Assembly: GCA_013239625.1 (NCBI GenBank)
Contig: MU056270.1
Coordinates: forward strand, 1-64,000
DNA: 64,000 bases
Direction: 5' to 3'
From: Lama guanicoe
Lineage: Eukaryota
Shown here: positions 10,825 to 22,550 of the stretch, piece after piece
Position numbering within the stretch: the stretch's first letter is position 1
Layout: the number at the start of each line of letters is the position of its first letter
The notes under the pieces: generated by a model
The model's database searches: none
Told to the model about the DNA's origin: nothing
Seen by the model: only the letters and a program-made list of their open reading frames with translations
Made by a program: the position numbers and the translations under genes

Positions 10825-11687
10825 CAGGCACACCTCTGAGATATTGTGGGTTTTGTTCAAGACCTCTGTAGTAAAGTGCGTGTTGCAGTAAAAGAAGTTA
10901 CACGAATTTCTTGGTGTTCCTGTGCATATAAAAGTTGTTTACACACTACTGTAGTCTATTAAGTGTGCAATAGCATTATGTCTACAAAAGACAAAGTACC
11001 ATACCTTAATTAAAAAATGGCTTATTGCTGAAAAATGCTAGCCATCATCTGAGTTGTAAATTTTTGTTGGTGGAGGGTCTTCTCTCAATGTTGATGGATG
11101 CTCACTGATCGGGGGGGTGGTTGCTGAAGGTTGGGGTTGGTGTGGCAGTTTCTTAAAATAAGGCAGCAATGAAGTTTGCTGCGTTGATTGACTTTCTTTC
11201 ACAAATGATTTCTCTGGAGCATGCAATGCTGTGTGATAGCATTTTACCAACAGTAGAGCTTCTTTCAAAGTTGGATCAATGCTCTCAAACCCTGCTGCTG
11301 CTTTACCAACTAAGTCTGTGTAATATTCTGAATCCTTTATCATCATTTCAACAATCCTCAGAGCATCTTCACCAGGAGTAGATTCCATCTCAAGAAACCA
11401 CTTTCTGGCGGAGGGGGTGTTATAGCTCAGTGATGGAGTGTGTGCTTAGAATGCACAAGGCCCTGGGTTCAATTCCCAGTACCTCCATTAAAGGAGAAAA
11501 AAATGAGCAAAATTATGTTTAAAAAAATAAAGGAAAGAAACCACTTTCCTTGTTCATCTCTAAGAAACAACTCCTCATACATTAAAGTTTTATCTTGAGG
11601 TTGGAAAAATTCAGTCACATCTTCAGATACCACTTCTGATTCTAGTTGGCTTGCTGGTTCCACTATATCTGCAGTTCCTTTCTCCAG
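10825..11687 (-). mobile_element. Tigger1 DNA transposon, 3' portion only, truncated by the telomere-like array
   Basis: TA plus TIR CAGGCACACCTCTGAGATATTGTGGGTT; minus-strand ORFs 11038-11388 (ESTPGEDALRIVEM..DSEYYTDLVGKAAAGFESID) and 11469-11663 (EVVSEDVTEFFQPQDKTL) are Tigger1 transposase C-terminal remnants. No second TIR. Confidence 0.9.
11407..11534 (+). mobile_element. tRNA-derived SINE (camelid type) inserted in Tigger1
   Basis: TATAGCTCAGTGATGGAGTGTGTGCTTAGAATGCACAAGGCCCTGGGTTCAATTCCCAGTACCTCCA plus A-rich tail; perfect 14-bp TSD AAGAAACCACTTTC (11392-11405, 11535-11548). Confidence 0.92.
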
Positions 11688-12469
11688 TAACCATAGCCAT
11701 TATCCTAGCCCTAATCTTAGCCCTCAACCTACCCGTTACCCTATCCCTCACCATAGACCTAACCCTAACCCCAAACCTGGCCCTAACCCTAGACCTCACC
11801 CTAGGCCTGATCTTAACCCTAACCCTAATCCTAGCCCTAATCCTAGCCCTAAACCTGGCCCTCACCAAACCTCTCACCATAGCTGTAACCCAAATCCTAA
11901 ACAAAACCCTAACCCTGACCCTAGCCTTAAGCCTGACCCTAACCATAGGTCCCACCCTAGTCCTAAATCTAACCTTACTCCTAACCATAAGCCTAGCCCT
12001 AACCCTAACCCTACACTTCTCCTAACCCTAGACCTCACCCTAGACCTTACCCTAGCACTCCCACTAGCCCTAACCCTAACCCTTACCCTTGCCCAAACCC
12101 TAACCCTAAATCTAGCCCAAACCCTAACCCCTAACAACTACACCTACCTCTAACCCTAAACCCTAACCCTAGGCTCACCTTACCCTCATCCAAGCCCTCA
12201 ATCAAGCCCTCACTGTAGCTCTAACCCTAACCTAAATGCTAACCCTAACCCTAGCCCTCAAGTTAGCCCTCAGCATAGCCTTCATCATAGCTCTAACCTT
12301 AACCCTAACCCTAAGCCAAACGTAGCCCTAAACATAGCCCTCAGCCTAGCCTTAACCCTAACCCCCACCTTAGCCCTCAGCCTAGCCCTGAACCAAGGCC
12401 TCATCAAAGCTCTAACCCTAACCCAAATGCCAACCCTACCCTTAATCCCTAACCCCTAACCCTAACCCT
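11688..12469 (+). repeat. Degenerate interstitial telomere-like array (TAACCC/TAGCCC/TCACCC/TAAACC variants), ~780 bp, C-rich on the + strand
   Basis: Hexamer periodicity with many exact TAACCC units; one orientation throughout. Confidence 0.95.
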
Positions 12470-12850
12470 GCAAAGTGCTTTTCGGCTCCGTGTTTGGTTC
12501 CTTTGCCCACGCTGTCCTCTGATGGAATTCGCTGCTCCCATTTGCCTACTCTTGAAAGCACACGTCTTTCAAGATTCAGTTAAAGTTTCTAATACCCGGT
12601 AAAAACTTTCCCTTTTCCCACAGGTAGAATTAACAGCTTCTTAATCTATTTCCTCTGTGCTCTGGGCAGGCTTTTTTTTTTTTTTTTAATAACAACACGA
12701 AGGACATTTATTTGTCTTCCTCGTTAAATGATAAGTCCCTTGGGGACTAATTTGGCACACTATTAGTCACACAGGTGGGGCTCAATGAACGTTTATAGCT
12801 TGAATGAATGAACTAGTGATTGAATAAATGAATGAGAATAAATGAGTGAC
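12470..12850 (+). mobile_element. L2 3' fragment directly next to the telomeric array
   Basis: CTTTGCCCACGCTGTCCTCT...CTTTCAAGATTCAGTTAAA...CACACAGGTGGGGCTCAATGAACGTTT..TTGAATGAATGAA (L2 3' terminus). Confidence 0.65.
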
Positions 12851-15416
12851 TAAACTAAGGAATGCTCCCACGGCAAAGGCAAAAAGCAGTTTTTGTTTCT
12901 TAGTGGCCATTCAAAACTTCACAGTATCACTACCTGGATTTGGGAGTGGGCACTTTGGGGGCTATGAAAGAAAAATTATAATTTTCATTGTATTTTACCA
13001 GAGAACAGGTATATTTACTTGAAAAATTTTGAAAGAATACTAAGTTGTTCAGTATTATGAATGGATTGGAAGTCCAGAAGCAAGAGAAGTAAGCATCTAT
13101 GTCCATGGCCCCTAGGATTTCTTGAGCATAGAAAGGATGGGGAGGGTTGATCTAGACAAGAATGGCACTGTCTCTTTTAAAAGGAATGAGCAAGCAAAAC
13201 AACTGCTAAGGTTCCATGTTAATCAGTGTCTAGAACCCCAGCGATCCTCACAAATACCAGCAGTCGTTCTGTGTGACTTTCAAGTACAGTGTCAGCATTT
13301 TCAACTTCAAAGGCAATTTCACTTGTAGCTCCACCTGCAGCAGAAGTACAAAAAGGGGTCATTTATGGGGTGTTAAGAGCAGAGCAAGGAGGACACAAGG
13401 CTTCTCAGATCTAACAGTGAGGCCAGGAGGGCCTCTCATTTCAGGAGTCAGCAGGTCTCCGCCCTCGCAGAACACAGGAGCTGGCAGAGGCCTTACCCAC
13501 CATCTACCCTGTGGTCCTACCCAATATTCTTTGTGATGTCATTCAGCCTCTGCCAGGATGTGAACACTAATGGGAAGCTGGTTGTCTCCAAGGGAGCAGA
13601 GGATGGGAAGCCTCCCTGGCAGGGGAAGGAAGCTATGTTTGGAATAAGGCCACAGTGATAGAAATGGGCCTGTCAGAGGGCAGCTTCTGGGAGAAGATGT
13701 GCTAACATCTGGACATGTCAAGTGTGAAATGGTATCAGTCAATTTAAAGGGAGCTGTCCTGTGGGCGAGCATGGTGCTACATCTGAGCGGAAGTGAGAGA
13801 TTAGATCCTTGTAGGGACAGATCCATATAGAAGCAGGAATTGGAGCCATGGGTAAATGTTACACAGAAGTCTTTTTTAAAATCCATTTTTCAATAAGAAA
13901 AAATACAAAAGATGTGCCAAAAGAGTATACTTGGGTACTTGGACTAACGTACTTGAAACAGTCTTGTGTTTTAAAGGTGAATAGAGCTGTAATTTATTTT
14001 CACTGTGTGGGTCATCATAAAAAAGCGACAGGTTGGTATATAGATAAAAGATATAAAATGTAAAATATACAGTGTAATTAGCTTGATTTACAATGCGATC
14101 AAATTCACACACTGTACTGGAACACCTGACTGAACTGTTTCAATTTCCACATTTCTTTCATTTCCTTTATGAAAGTTACACTAAGAAAAAAAAAAAAACT
14201 CCCCTGAGTGTTCTTATGACACTTTTGGTGAGTGAAACAGTAATCTCAGCAAAGTTCACTCTTGGTACCAGAAAGCACAATTTCAGCTTTTTGAGGGTTT
14301 TTTTTTTTTTCTGGCTAAATTGCCTTTACATACCAAAGACACAATATTTATTAGCACTTATTTTATTGAGAGAATAGTCACTTATGGTTTAAGATATTAC
14401 ATTGTGGTCTGCTAAATTACCATGTGGTTATAGCATGTTATGAAATAAAATTCCAGACAAAGGTGGAATCTTTACTAGGACAATGTAAACATTCAACATT
14501 CAACAGTCCCTGAGAAATTGTACATTTAGATAGCCCTAAATTAAAAACTCAAAAGTGATAAAGTTTTATGGGCTTTTCTACTAATAGTGGATTAATTTTA
14601 AAGAGTATTGAAATTTAGATGCATATTAGTCTTTATGCTTGTTGTGGAAAATTGAGGTTCAACATTGTATTATAAAGACAATCTACTATGGTTACTTTGT
14701 TATATTTATAAAATACTTTCACCAGGGAGAAAGCCCTTAGCCTTGTTAGTAACTCTATGAGGGTCTGTACAGTCTCCTGGTACTTAAGCCACTGCAGCAG
14801 GTCAGCAAGGTGATGACCAGCAGGCTGGTCCCTGCAGAGTCAGGGAATTAGACCAAAACACCGTGGCAGACAGATCACAACCTGAAGTGGACATCAAATT
14901 TTCTACAGCAAAGCACTCTGACAAATACCATTTCCTGTGATAAATATCTGTGGTCTCAAGGTGGAACCATTAACAAAACCCCCAAATCCTTCAACATTAT
15001 CAACATTAGACAGGGCATATAAAAGATGTTGCCCTGTCTAAACAGACAGATAAACACTTTTTAAGGGACAACATACAAAATAAGTGTAGATTTAACTTAA
15101 AATTTATTGTAAAGGATACATAAGTATTTGATAGACTTATCTTTCTAAACAAAGGCTAGAGCTTAGTTAAGTATTAGACAATCTCAAAGCAACTGCTTCC
15201 TCTAAGGTTCCAGCCATTGAAGTTTGAGGCATCAGATTTCTCCCTAATTTTTATCAAGGCTGAATTCAGGATATCCGAAGCTTGTAATTTTCTTAAGCTA
15301 CTTAATGGTACAGAGAAGTTCATTTGGATAAGGACATTCCTTTAGACAGTGTTTCAACTATTCAGCCTAATAGCAGGTAATGCTGCCTAACAAGCAATGC
15401 TATTGAGAGGACAAGA

Positions 15417-15572
15417 GGACACTGTGGAGGCGACAGGTGTGCAGCTGCACGGACTGCAGTGACAGTCATGGACGCGTACTTACACCAGACTCATCAAGTA
15501 GTTTACACTAAATATGTACAGCTTTTTATAGGCTAGTCATATGTCAGTAAGGTTTTTTTTTTTTTAACAAAA
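15417..15572 (+). mobile_element. L1MC-like 3' terminal fragment
   Basis: ACTCATCAAGTAGTTTACACTAAATATGTACAGCTTTTT...GTCATATGTCAGTAAGG. Confidence 0.65.
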
Positions 15573-17650
15573 GAGCTGTTAGAAAAGTAGGCTGCTTGGA
15601 AGGTAATGAGATTTGCTTCACTGGAAGTGACAGATGGCCTTCCTCAAAGACAGAGGAGAGGCTGTCTAATATCACATCTGATTACAAGATTTAGAATGTG
15701 CGGCCATGGACACTGGCAAGGGGCCTTGGCCTTGCTTTCAGCTGCTGGCGACTCCGCAGAAGAATCAGTTACAGAGGTGTGGGAAGCTGGGGACCGACAC
15801 TCCAGGGGTGGGGGGAAAGGAGTGCTCTCTGTTTTGTTCTTGTTTCTCCCCAGGTGGCCCACAGCTGGAGGTGGGTTGGGCAAACATTCTGGGCAACCTT
15901 CGGGGTAGCTCAGGGCCTCCTTATGCGCAATTACAGAGCAGTGAAGAGAAAGGTGTTTCCAAGAGCTGCAAGCTAAGAGGAACTGGGCAAGGGTAACTGG
16001 GAAAGATGAACCAGAACAAGCTGCTCCGTGCACCCTCCGCTGCCTTCTTCCACCAAGGTGGTTCTCCAGAGGCAGCAGGTGCTGCGTCTACGCCATCAAG
16101 CAAGGTGAATTAGGGAGAGTACCGTTTAGGGAAAGTACCTCCAAATCTCCCGCACACCTTCTGCACCTCCTCAGCAGTGTGAACCTCTTCTGGTATCTTC
16201 CCCTTTTAAGACTGGTCTTTCTGGAGTAACCTCAGGCGCACCTTGTTCTAGTCATACTATTGCGATCATCATCTACAGATGAGAAAAATTTCTATGTTTC
16301 TGTCTAACTCTAGTAAGCTAAGAATTTAGAACACGGTCTGCCCCTTGAAAAACTTCCTATTTCCTTAAAAATTTTGTGCCAGATGTCTTCCTTTGTCTTT
16401 CCATATCTGTTCTCCACCCCGGCTGGTGCCAAGGGAGACAGACCAGAGTGGACCACACAGTGGCCCCACTCTCTGGTTTCCCATTGGGGTCAGCCCACGG
16501 GGATCCTGGAGGAGTCCAGGGGCCAGGAAGGGAGCAGCCTCCCTTCAGGTCCAGCTGTGCTGGTGCGGCCAAGCCCAGGCATCATTACTCCTCTCTAGGT
16601 GGCCTTTCTGCTCACCTCTCCTCCTAGGTTCTGGGCTCTTGGTATACTTAGAAGTGGTAAGTGCTTCCTGTCACAAGGGCAGGAGTAAACCTCACTTTCC
16701 TTTGTGGTTTCCTTATTCCCTGTCCACACTTATAAATAGGTCCTCCACTGCTCAAATGTGCTAATTTAAAACTATTCTAATCATATGTTTCCTGCTGGAA
16801 CCATGAAAAAAATCAGTCTTACTCACATAAAACAGACAGATCTTCAAGAGCAAAAAAAAAAAAAAATAATATGTTGGTAAAGAACTGTAGATTTCAGAGA
16901 TGGAGAAATTGATGAGGAATCTTGTTATAAGACCTCAACCAACTCCAAAGGCCACTACAGAGTGGACGTGTCATTCACGATCCAGGGGAAGTTCCTGTGT
17001 CCCTAGAGCATCCTTAGTGGGACTCTAAGCACAATATTGAAGAGTTTCCTCCCTGGCTGTGCTATTGCATACCCTTGACAGTTTCTTTTGGAATGAAACC
17101 CTCTTATATAGATGCAAGGTAGCATTTGAAATTACTGCTAGAGTGAGATGCAGTGAAACAGGTATTTTCTTCTCTGAGCAGAAGGTACCTGAAAGCTCTA
17201 GGAGTTCTTGTCTACCTGGGAGGAAGATGCCAACTGTGGAGTGGCAGGATGTGAGGCAGAGGAAGGGTACCTGCAGACCCAGAGAGCAAACGTGGCAGAT
17301 GGAATCTTCTCCAAATACCCAATGTGCTCTCCTTGCTGAGCTTAGGACTTGACGTTGCTTTTTCAAAAAGACGAGCTAAGGACAAAAGTGGAAACAACCT
17401 AAGTGCCTAACCACTATGGTCCAGCAGCACAGTGAGGCATTCTGGATGGTGTGAAAACTCTGCAGAAACATGAGAAACTTTTATGATACAAAGTTAAATG
17501 AATCAAGCAGAACATTAAGACTACATATGTCATGGTTACGACTCTGAAAACTGTATGTAGAAAGATTCTAGAAAGATAAAACCAAAAAGAGAGAATAGGA
17601 TGCTAAAGTGATGGGATCATGAGTGCGATTTTTTTGGTCTCTGGTGTCTT

Positions 17651-18107
17651 TGTTGGAAGAAGTAGTCCTCTGTATGCCTCTCAAACCCTCAAACACTTCG
17701 CTGGGAACGCCAGGGGGCAAGGCCCTGACTGCCCCTTTAGCTGGGCCGTTTTTCAGGGTTGTCTGTGTAGCTGGTAACCTTGAAAGGTGTAACACTGCTC
17801 CCCGAACAAAGGGCAGGCTTGCTTACTGCTTGCTGTAAAAGCAGTGGACTCCCTCCACTCTGTGTTCCTCAGCTGTGAGGCAAACTACTCCACGCGTAGC
17901 ATCCACCTGAGCCCACTGCATCACTTGTGTGGGAACTGAGGGGAAGGGGAACTGGCTCAGGCTGCTGGCTGTGCCATGACTGATAAAGCCCTTTGTCTGT
18001 GGTCCAGAAGTCTCATGTCTTCCACCAACATCCATTAAACAGTAGTAGCCTGACTCACTAGCTCATCATGAGAGTGAAGCCCAATCTCAGAGCAGTAGTC
18101 TTTAACA
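17651..18107 (+). mobile_element. LTR40-like ERVL solo LTR
   Basis: TGTTGGAAGA...CAAGGCCCTGACTGC...CAAAGGGCAGGCTTGCTTACTGCTTGCTGTAAAAGC...GTTCCTCAGCTGTGA...GATAAAGCCCTTTGTCT...AGTCTCATGTCTTC...AACA. Confidence 0.75.
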
Positions 18108-18109
18108 TT

Positions 18110-18285
18110 ATTACAAACCAATTTGTAATTATTTGTTTAATATTTCTCTTTCCCACCAGACTATAGATTTTAGGGGGTAAGAATTATGTTTGTCCTTCTC
18201 ACCACTGTTTTCCCAGCACTGAAGGGAGAACCTGGCTCAAGGTTAAGCTTCAACAAATGTTTTTTCGGGCAATGGACTGAAGGAG
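18110..18285 (+). mobile_element. L2 3' fragment
   Basis: CCCACCAGACTATAG...CACTGTTTTCCCAGCAC...CAACAAATGTTT. Confidence 0.6.
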
Positions 18286-19174
18286 CAGAGGTGTGTAAGA
18301 AGAAAGTTCTGAAAATGAATTCAGACCCAAATGGGGGTTTGAAGTTCAGAATGAAATTTTGCAACCATATGTCCCTGTTGTTCGGCAAGAACTAAGGGCA
18401 CCACCATCTGTTGAGTACCTAGAAGCCAGGCCCTCTTCTGGGTGGTTTCCCAGGGTTACCACATGTAATTGCTCTCACCTCCCCTTCTCCGGCACAGCTC
18501 TGTATATTGCTAACCCTGAAGGAAAGCCAAGAGGAACAGCAGCAAAGGCTGCCCTTCCTGAGGGGCTACTGCGCAGCACACACACTTCTTGGCTCATTAC
18601 GTGTGCTAACTTGTACAACCATCACACCCATTCTGTGTGCACATAGCCTTCATTGTCCCCGCTTGGGAGCTGGAGAACTTGGAGGACAAAGGGGTGGCAG
18701 AGCTCCCCACAGTCAGCCCGCTGCTGAGCGGCAGTACTTGAGCAAGGACAAGCGCTCAAGATGCAGGTCAAGCTCATTGCCCCTGGGTTGCTGGTCACAG
18801 AGCAGATGAGAGTGAAGCCAGCACCCGTAAGCTGCTCTGGGGAGGCCAAGTAGCTCACAGTCTAGACGGAAAGACAAGACATGCACACATTATTATGTAT
18901 TTTATGCTACAAATTGGCATCAACACACATGAGCAAGTGAGAAACCATGTGGGGAGATCCAGGAAGGCTTCACAAAAGAGGTGACATTTGTTCTGAAAGC
19001 GTCATCTGAATGTCAGCCCACAGACCATATTCGGTGACCACTTTTCCCCACAGCTCTGGGCAGGACTGGACAGGAAGGGGAAGCCATGAAAAGTTTCTCC
19101 ATTACTTCTGAGGGCAAAGGCCCGCTAGAGGGAGCCAGATGATTGTGAGAGACGTGCAGGCGTTGCGGGATACT

Positions 19175-20310
19175 TTTTTTTTTCTCAAGATTTTTGTATC
19201 ACTTTTTCTTACTGAAGTATAATTGACTTAAAATATTATATTGGTTTCAGGTATCTGACATAGTGATTTGATATTTTTACGCATTAGGAAATGATCTCCA
19301 CCATACGCCTAGTTACTATCTGTCACTGTACAAAGTTATACAGTAATATGGATTATATTCCCTACATTACATCCTTATGACTTACTTCTTTTGCAGCTGT
19401 AAGTCTGTACATCTGAATTTCCTTTACCTGCTTAACATATCAGCCAACCCCCCTCCCTGGCAACCACTAGATTGTACTCTGCTCTATGAGTCCATTTCTG
19501 TTTTGCTTTGTTTGTTTAGTTTTTTTAGATTCTATGCATAAGTGAAATCATACAGTATTTGTCTTTCTTCATCTGACTTACTTCACTTAGCATAATACTG
19601 TCCAACCAAGTTGTCCCCAATGGCAAGATCTCATTCTTTGTTATCCCAAGTAATACTGCATTTTATGTGCATATATATTCATATGTATATATATATATCT
19701 CACATCTTTATTCATTCATCTGTTCATCTATTAGTGGATACTTGGGTTTCTTCCATGTCTTGGTTACTATAAATAATGCCGCCATGATAGTCAGTGTCCA
19801 TAAATCTTTTTGAGTNNNNNNNNNNNNNNNNNNNNNNNNNNNNNNNNNNNNNNNNNNNNNNNNNNNNNNNNNNNNNNNNNNNNNNNNNNNNNNNNNNNNN
19901 NNNNNNNNNNNNNNNNNNNNNNNNNNNNNNNNNNNNNNNNNNNNNNNNNNNNNNNNNNNNNNNNNNNNNNNNNNNNNNNNNNNNNCAGTACACAAAGTTT
20001 CCCTTTCCCACACATTCTGGCCAACACTTTGTTTCTTGTTGTCTTTTCAATAATAGCCATTCTGACAGTTATGAAGTGATACCTTATTGTACTTTTGATT
20101 TGCATTTCACTGATGATGAGGGATGATGGGCATCTTTTCATGTGTCTGCCATCTGTATCTTTTCTTCGGAAAGATGTCTGTTCAGATCATCTGCCCATTT
20201 CTTAGTTGGGTTACATTTTTGATGCTGAGTTGCATGAGTTCCTTGTATAATTTGGATATTAACCCCCCATTTGATGTATCATTTGCAAATATCTTCCATT
20301 CAGTAGGTTT
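19175..20310 (-). mobile_element. L1 (L1MA9-like, laurasiatherian) 3' end with ORF2 C-terminus; contains N run 19816-19985
   Basis: Minus-strand ORF MKRCPSSLIISEMQIKSTIRYHFITVRMAII (ORF2 C-terminus) and AALFIVTKTWKKPKYP; 3' UTR TGAAGTATAATTGAC...GTTTCAGGT. Confidence 0.9.
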
Positions 20311-20724
20311 GAGGTGCCCTCTTTTGTGTGTTTGACCAACTCCTCATTTGCAAAACATTTTTCTTGTTTCTTTTAATCAGAGTTGTCCTCAACTCTAAAT
20401 CAGTGTGTATGTATTGTCAGTTATCCTATATAAATCTGGATGTTTCTTTCTGAGCAATTTAGTAATTTTCCTTATTTGATGTAAGAAATGAAACTGGAGT
20501 CTGCTAATAGTACCCAAGTGTAGGTAACAATTCCAGATCTTTTCATGAAATTTAACACAAGGGTCCTCATGGGTAGGGCTCCTTCCTCATTTGAATGCTG
20601 ATTCTCACATTGGCTTGGCCATATCTCTGCAGGTGTTTTTTTTGAAGAAAAAACAAGTCTTTGAGGCTTGTCTATGAATTCTTGTTATTTCAGAACATAG
20701 TTCTTTTTTTCTGCTTTTTTCTAA

Positions 20725-21055
20725 AGGCAGAAACTTATTCTCTTACAGCTCTGGAGGCCAGAAGTCTGAGATCAAGGTGTTAGCTGGGCTAGTTCCTTCT
20801 GAGAGCTTCTTGTGGTTTGCTGGCAACCTTTGGTATAGCTGATCCCTGCCTGCTCTTCCTCACAAGGAGCACCTTGTGTCTCCAATCTCCCTTTTTAGGA
20901 CTGCAGTCATGTTGGACTAGGGCCCACCCCAATAACTTCATTTTAACTAGATAACCTCTGTAAAGACCCTGTCTCCACGTAAGTTCACATTCTGAGGTCC
21001 TAGACCTTAAGACTTTAACCCATGAATCTGAAGGGATACAATCCAACCCGTAGCA
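20725..21055 (-). mobile_element. MLT1 (MaLR) LTR, partial
   Basis: CAGAAACTTATTCTCTTACAGCTCTGGAGGCCAGAAGTCTGAGATCAAGGTGT...GGACTAGGGCCCACCCCAAT...CAATCCAACCCGTAGCA. Confidence 0.8.
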
Positions 21056-22025
21056 GTGCCCAAGCTAGAAACTCAGACCCAGCTCTCAGTGTTCCCGTCC
21101 CTGCTCCCTCACTTCAATCTTTAGCTCAGTTTTGTTGTTTCTCTCCATGTCTACCCCAAGTCAGCACCTTCGTCTCTGCCCTCTGACTAATCTCCTCCAG
21201 CCAGTTCTCCGTGCAGCCTGCTCGGGTCCTGAAAAAAGTACCAGTTTTCTCACACTTTCCTGGTTTCTCAGGGACACACAGTGACTCTCTAGAACTTCCA
21301 AAAGCAAGCTGGAAAGTCTCTGCCCTGTTCTGGAGTTCTCTGTCTCCCTGGTGCATTGTCATACTCTAGGAAGCCTGGCTGGTCCTCAGCAGAACCCATG
21401 TGTCCACTGTTTATTCCTGCTTCCAAGCCATCATGCTGTTTCTACTGTTTTCGCTGCCAGAACGTCCTCCTCCGCCTGCTCCAACCTGTGAAGACTCTAC
21501 AGGCCAGCCTAAGTCACACTGCGTCTGTGACACCTTCCCTGAAGATTTCCTTCTTAGCATGTCAGCAGGATTTACTACAGCCAATACCTTACAGCCTTGC
21601 TCCTGATTTTTTTTCTATTTCATGTGTGTGAATATCTTCAAGCAGCCTGTGAGCTGCTTGAGGGCAGGGCCATTTCTCTTTGTCCCACTCCCTTCCCAGT
21701 GCAGCGTCACAGCTACATGAGGTGTCAGTAAGTGCTGGCTGGATGAATCAGTGACCGAGTCAAAGGCCTGGTGAATGGGAGACAGATGGACTTGATCACG
21801 TGAGTGAATGATGGTGCTGAGGACAGGGCTCTGAGCCTGCTGGGAGCTACACTACATACTGACGTGTGATGACGCTGGGGCCTCAGTGAGACGGAGGCTT
21901 GCTTCCTGAGGGGCAAGCTTTGTCTACACTTGGAGGGCAGAGGTGACCGCAGACATGTTCTCCAGCTCACCAGAGGACAAAGGGAGGGCTAGAGGCCCAC
22001 ACACCACCTAGCATCTTACACGTGA

Positions 22026-22089
22026 CCCACGGTTCTTTTCAGAGAAACACTGTGTTTCCCACAGTTCTTTTCAGAGAAACACTGTATTT
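22026..22089 (+). repeat. Tandem duplication, 2 x 32 bp, followed by G13 at 22128-22140
   Basis: CCCACGGTTCTTTTCAGAGAAACACTGTGTTT then CCCACAGTTCTTTTCAGAGAAACACTGTATTT. Confidence 0.9.
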
Positions 22090-22550
22090 TGGACCTCCAC
22101 GAACTCAGGAAGAGTGACTAGATCTCCGGGGGGGGGGGGGCTTGGGTGAAGTCAGTGGCGGCACCTGAATAGGTTTGGTTATGATTACCTGTAACCTGAT
22201 AACTGTGAGGCAGGTAAAGATACATCATGGTGTTTTCCAGTCATGCTGCCGACAGGGTCTGGATCTAGTCTGGGCCGTTGCTCAGGGAACTATGGAAACA
22301 TGGGTCAAGAACACCCTCACCAGTGGGCTTTCCTGGTTACCTTTAGCAGCAAGGAAGTAGAGAAGATCACTGATCCAGCAGTGACCTCCGAGGTCAGAGG
22401 TCATTGCTCATCCATGATCCCTCCAAAGCAGCCCTCGGACAATGGCCATTTCTGTTTGAACACCTGAAGCCCGTCACCAGGCCAGAGGCAGACGCTGCCT
22501 CACAATGAAGATGCATGCGATGCACCAGGTGATTAAAAGTCCCCAGAAGA

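Noticed and set aside
11038-11388. Functional TIGD1 or Tigger transposase gene
   Set aside because: Only a frameshifted C-terminal remnant, interrupted by a SINE and truncated by the array.
11407-11490. tRNA gene (A/B boxes, GGTTCAATTCCC); similar cases at 6239-6334 and 8749-8888
   Set aside because: A-rich tails and target-site duplications identify them as tRNA-derived SINEs, not tRNA genes.
11651-12025. 124-aa Leu-rich, membrane-like ORF (LTLALTL...)
   Set aside because: It is simply the translation of (CTAACC)n; no independent coding evidence.
11688-12469. Head-to-head telomere-telomere fusion site
   Set aside because: All repeats are in one orientation; there is no TTAGGG-to-CCCTAA switch.
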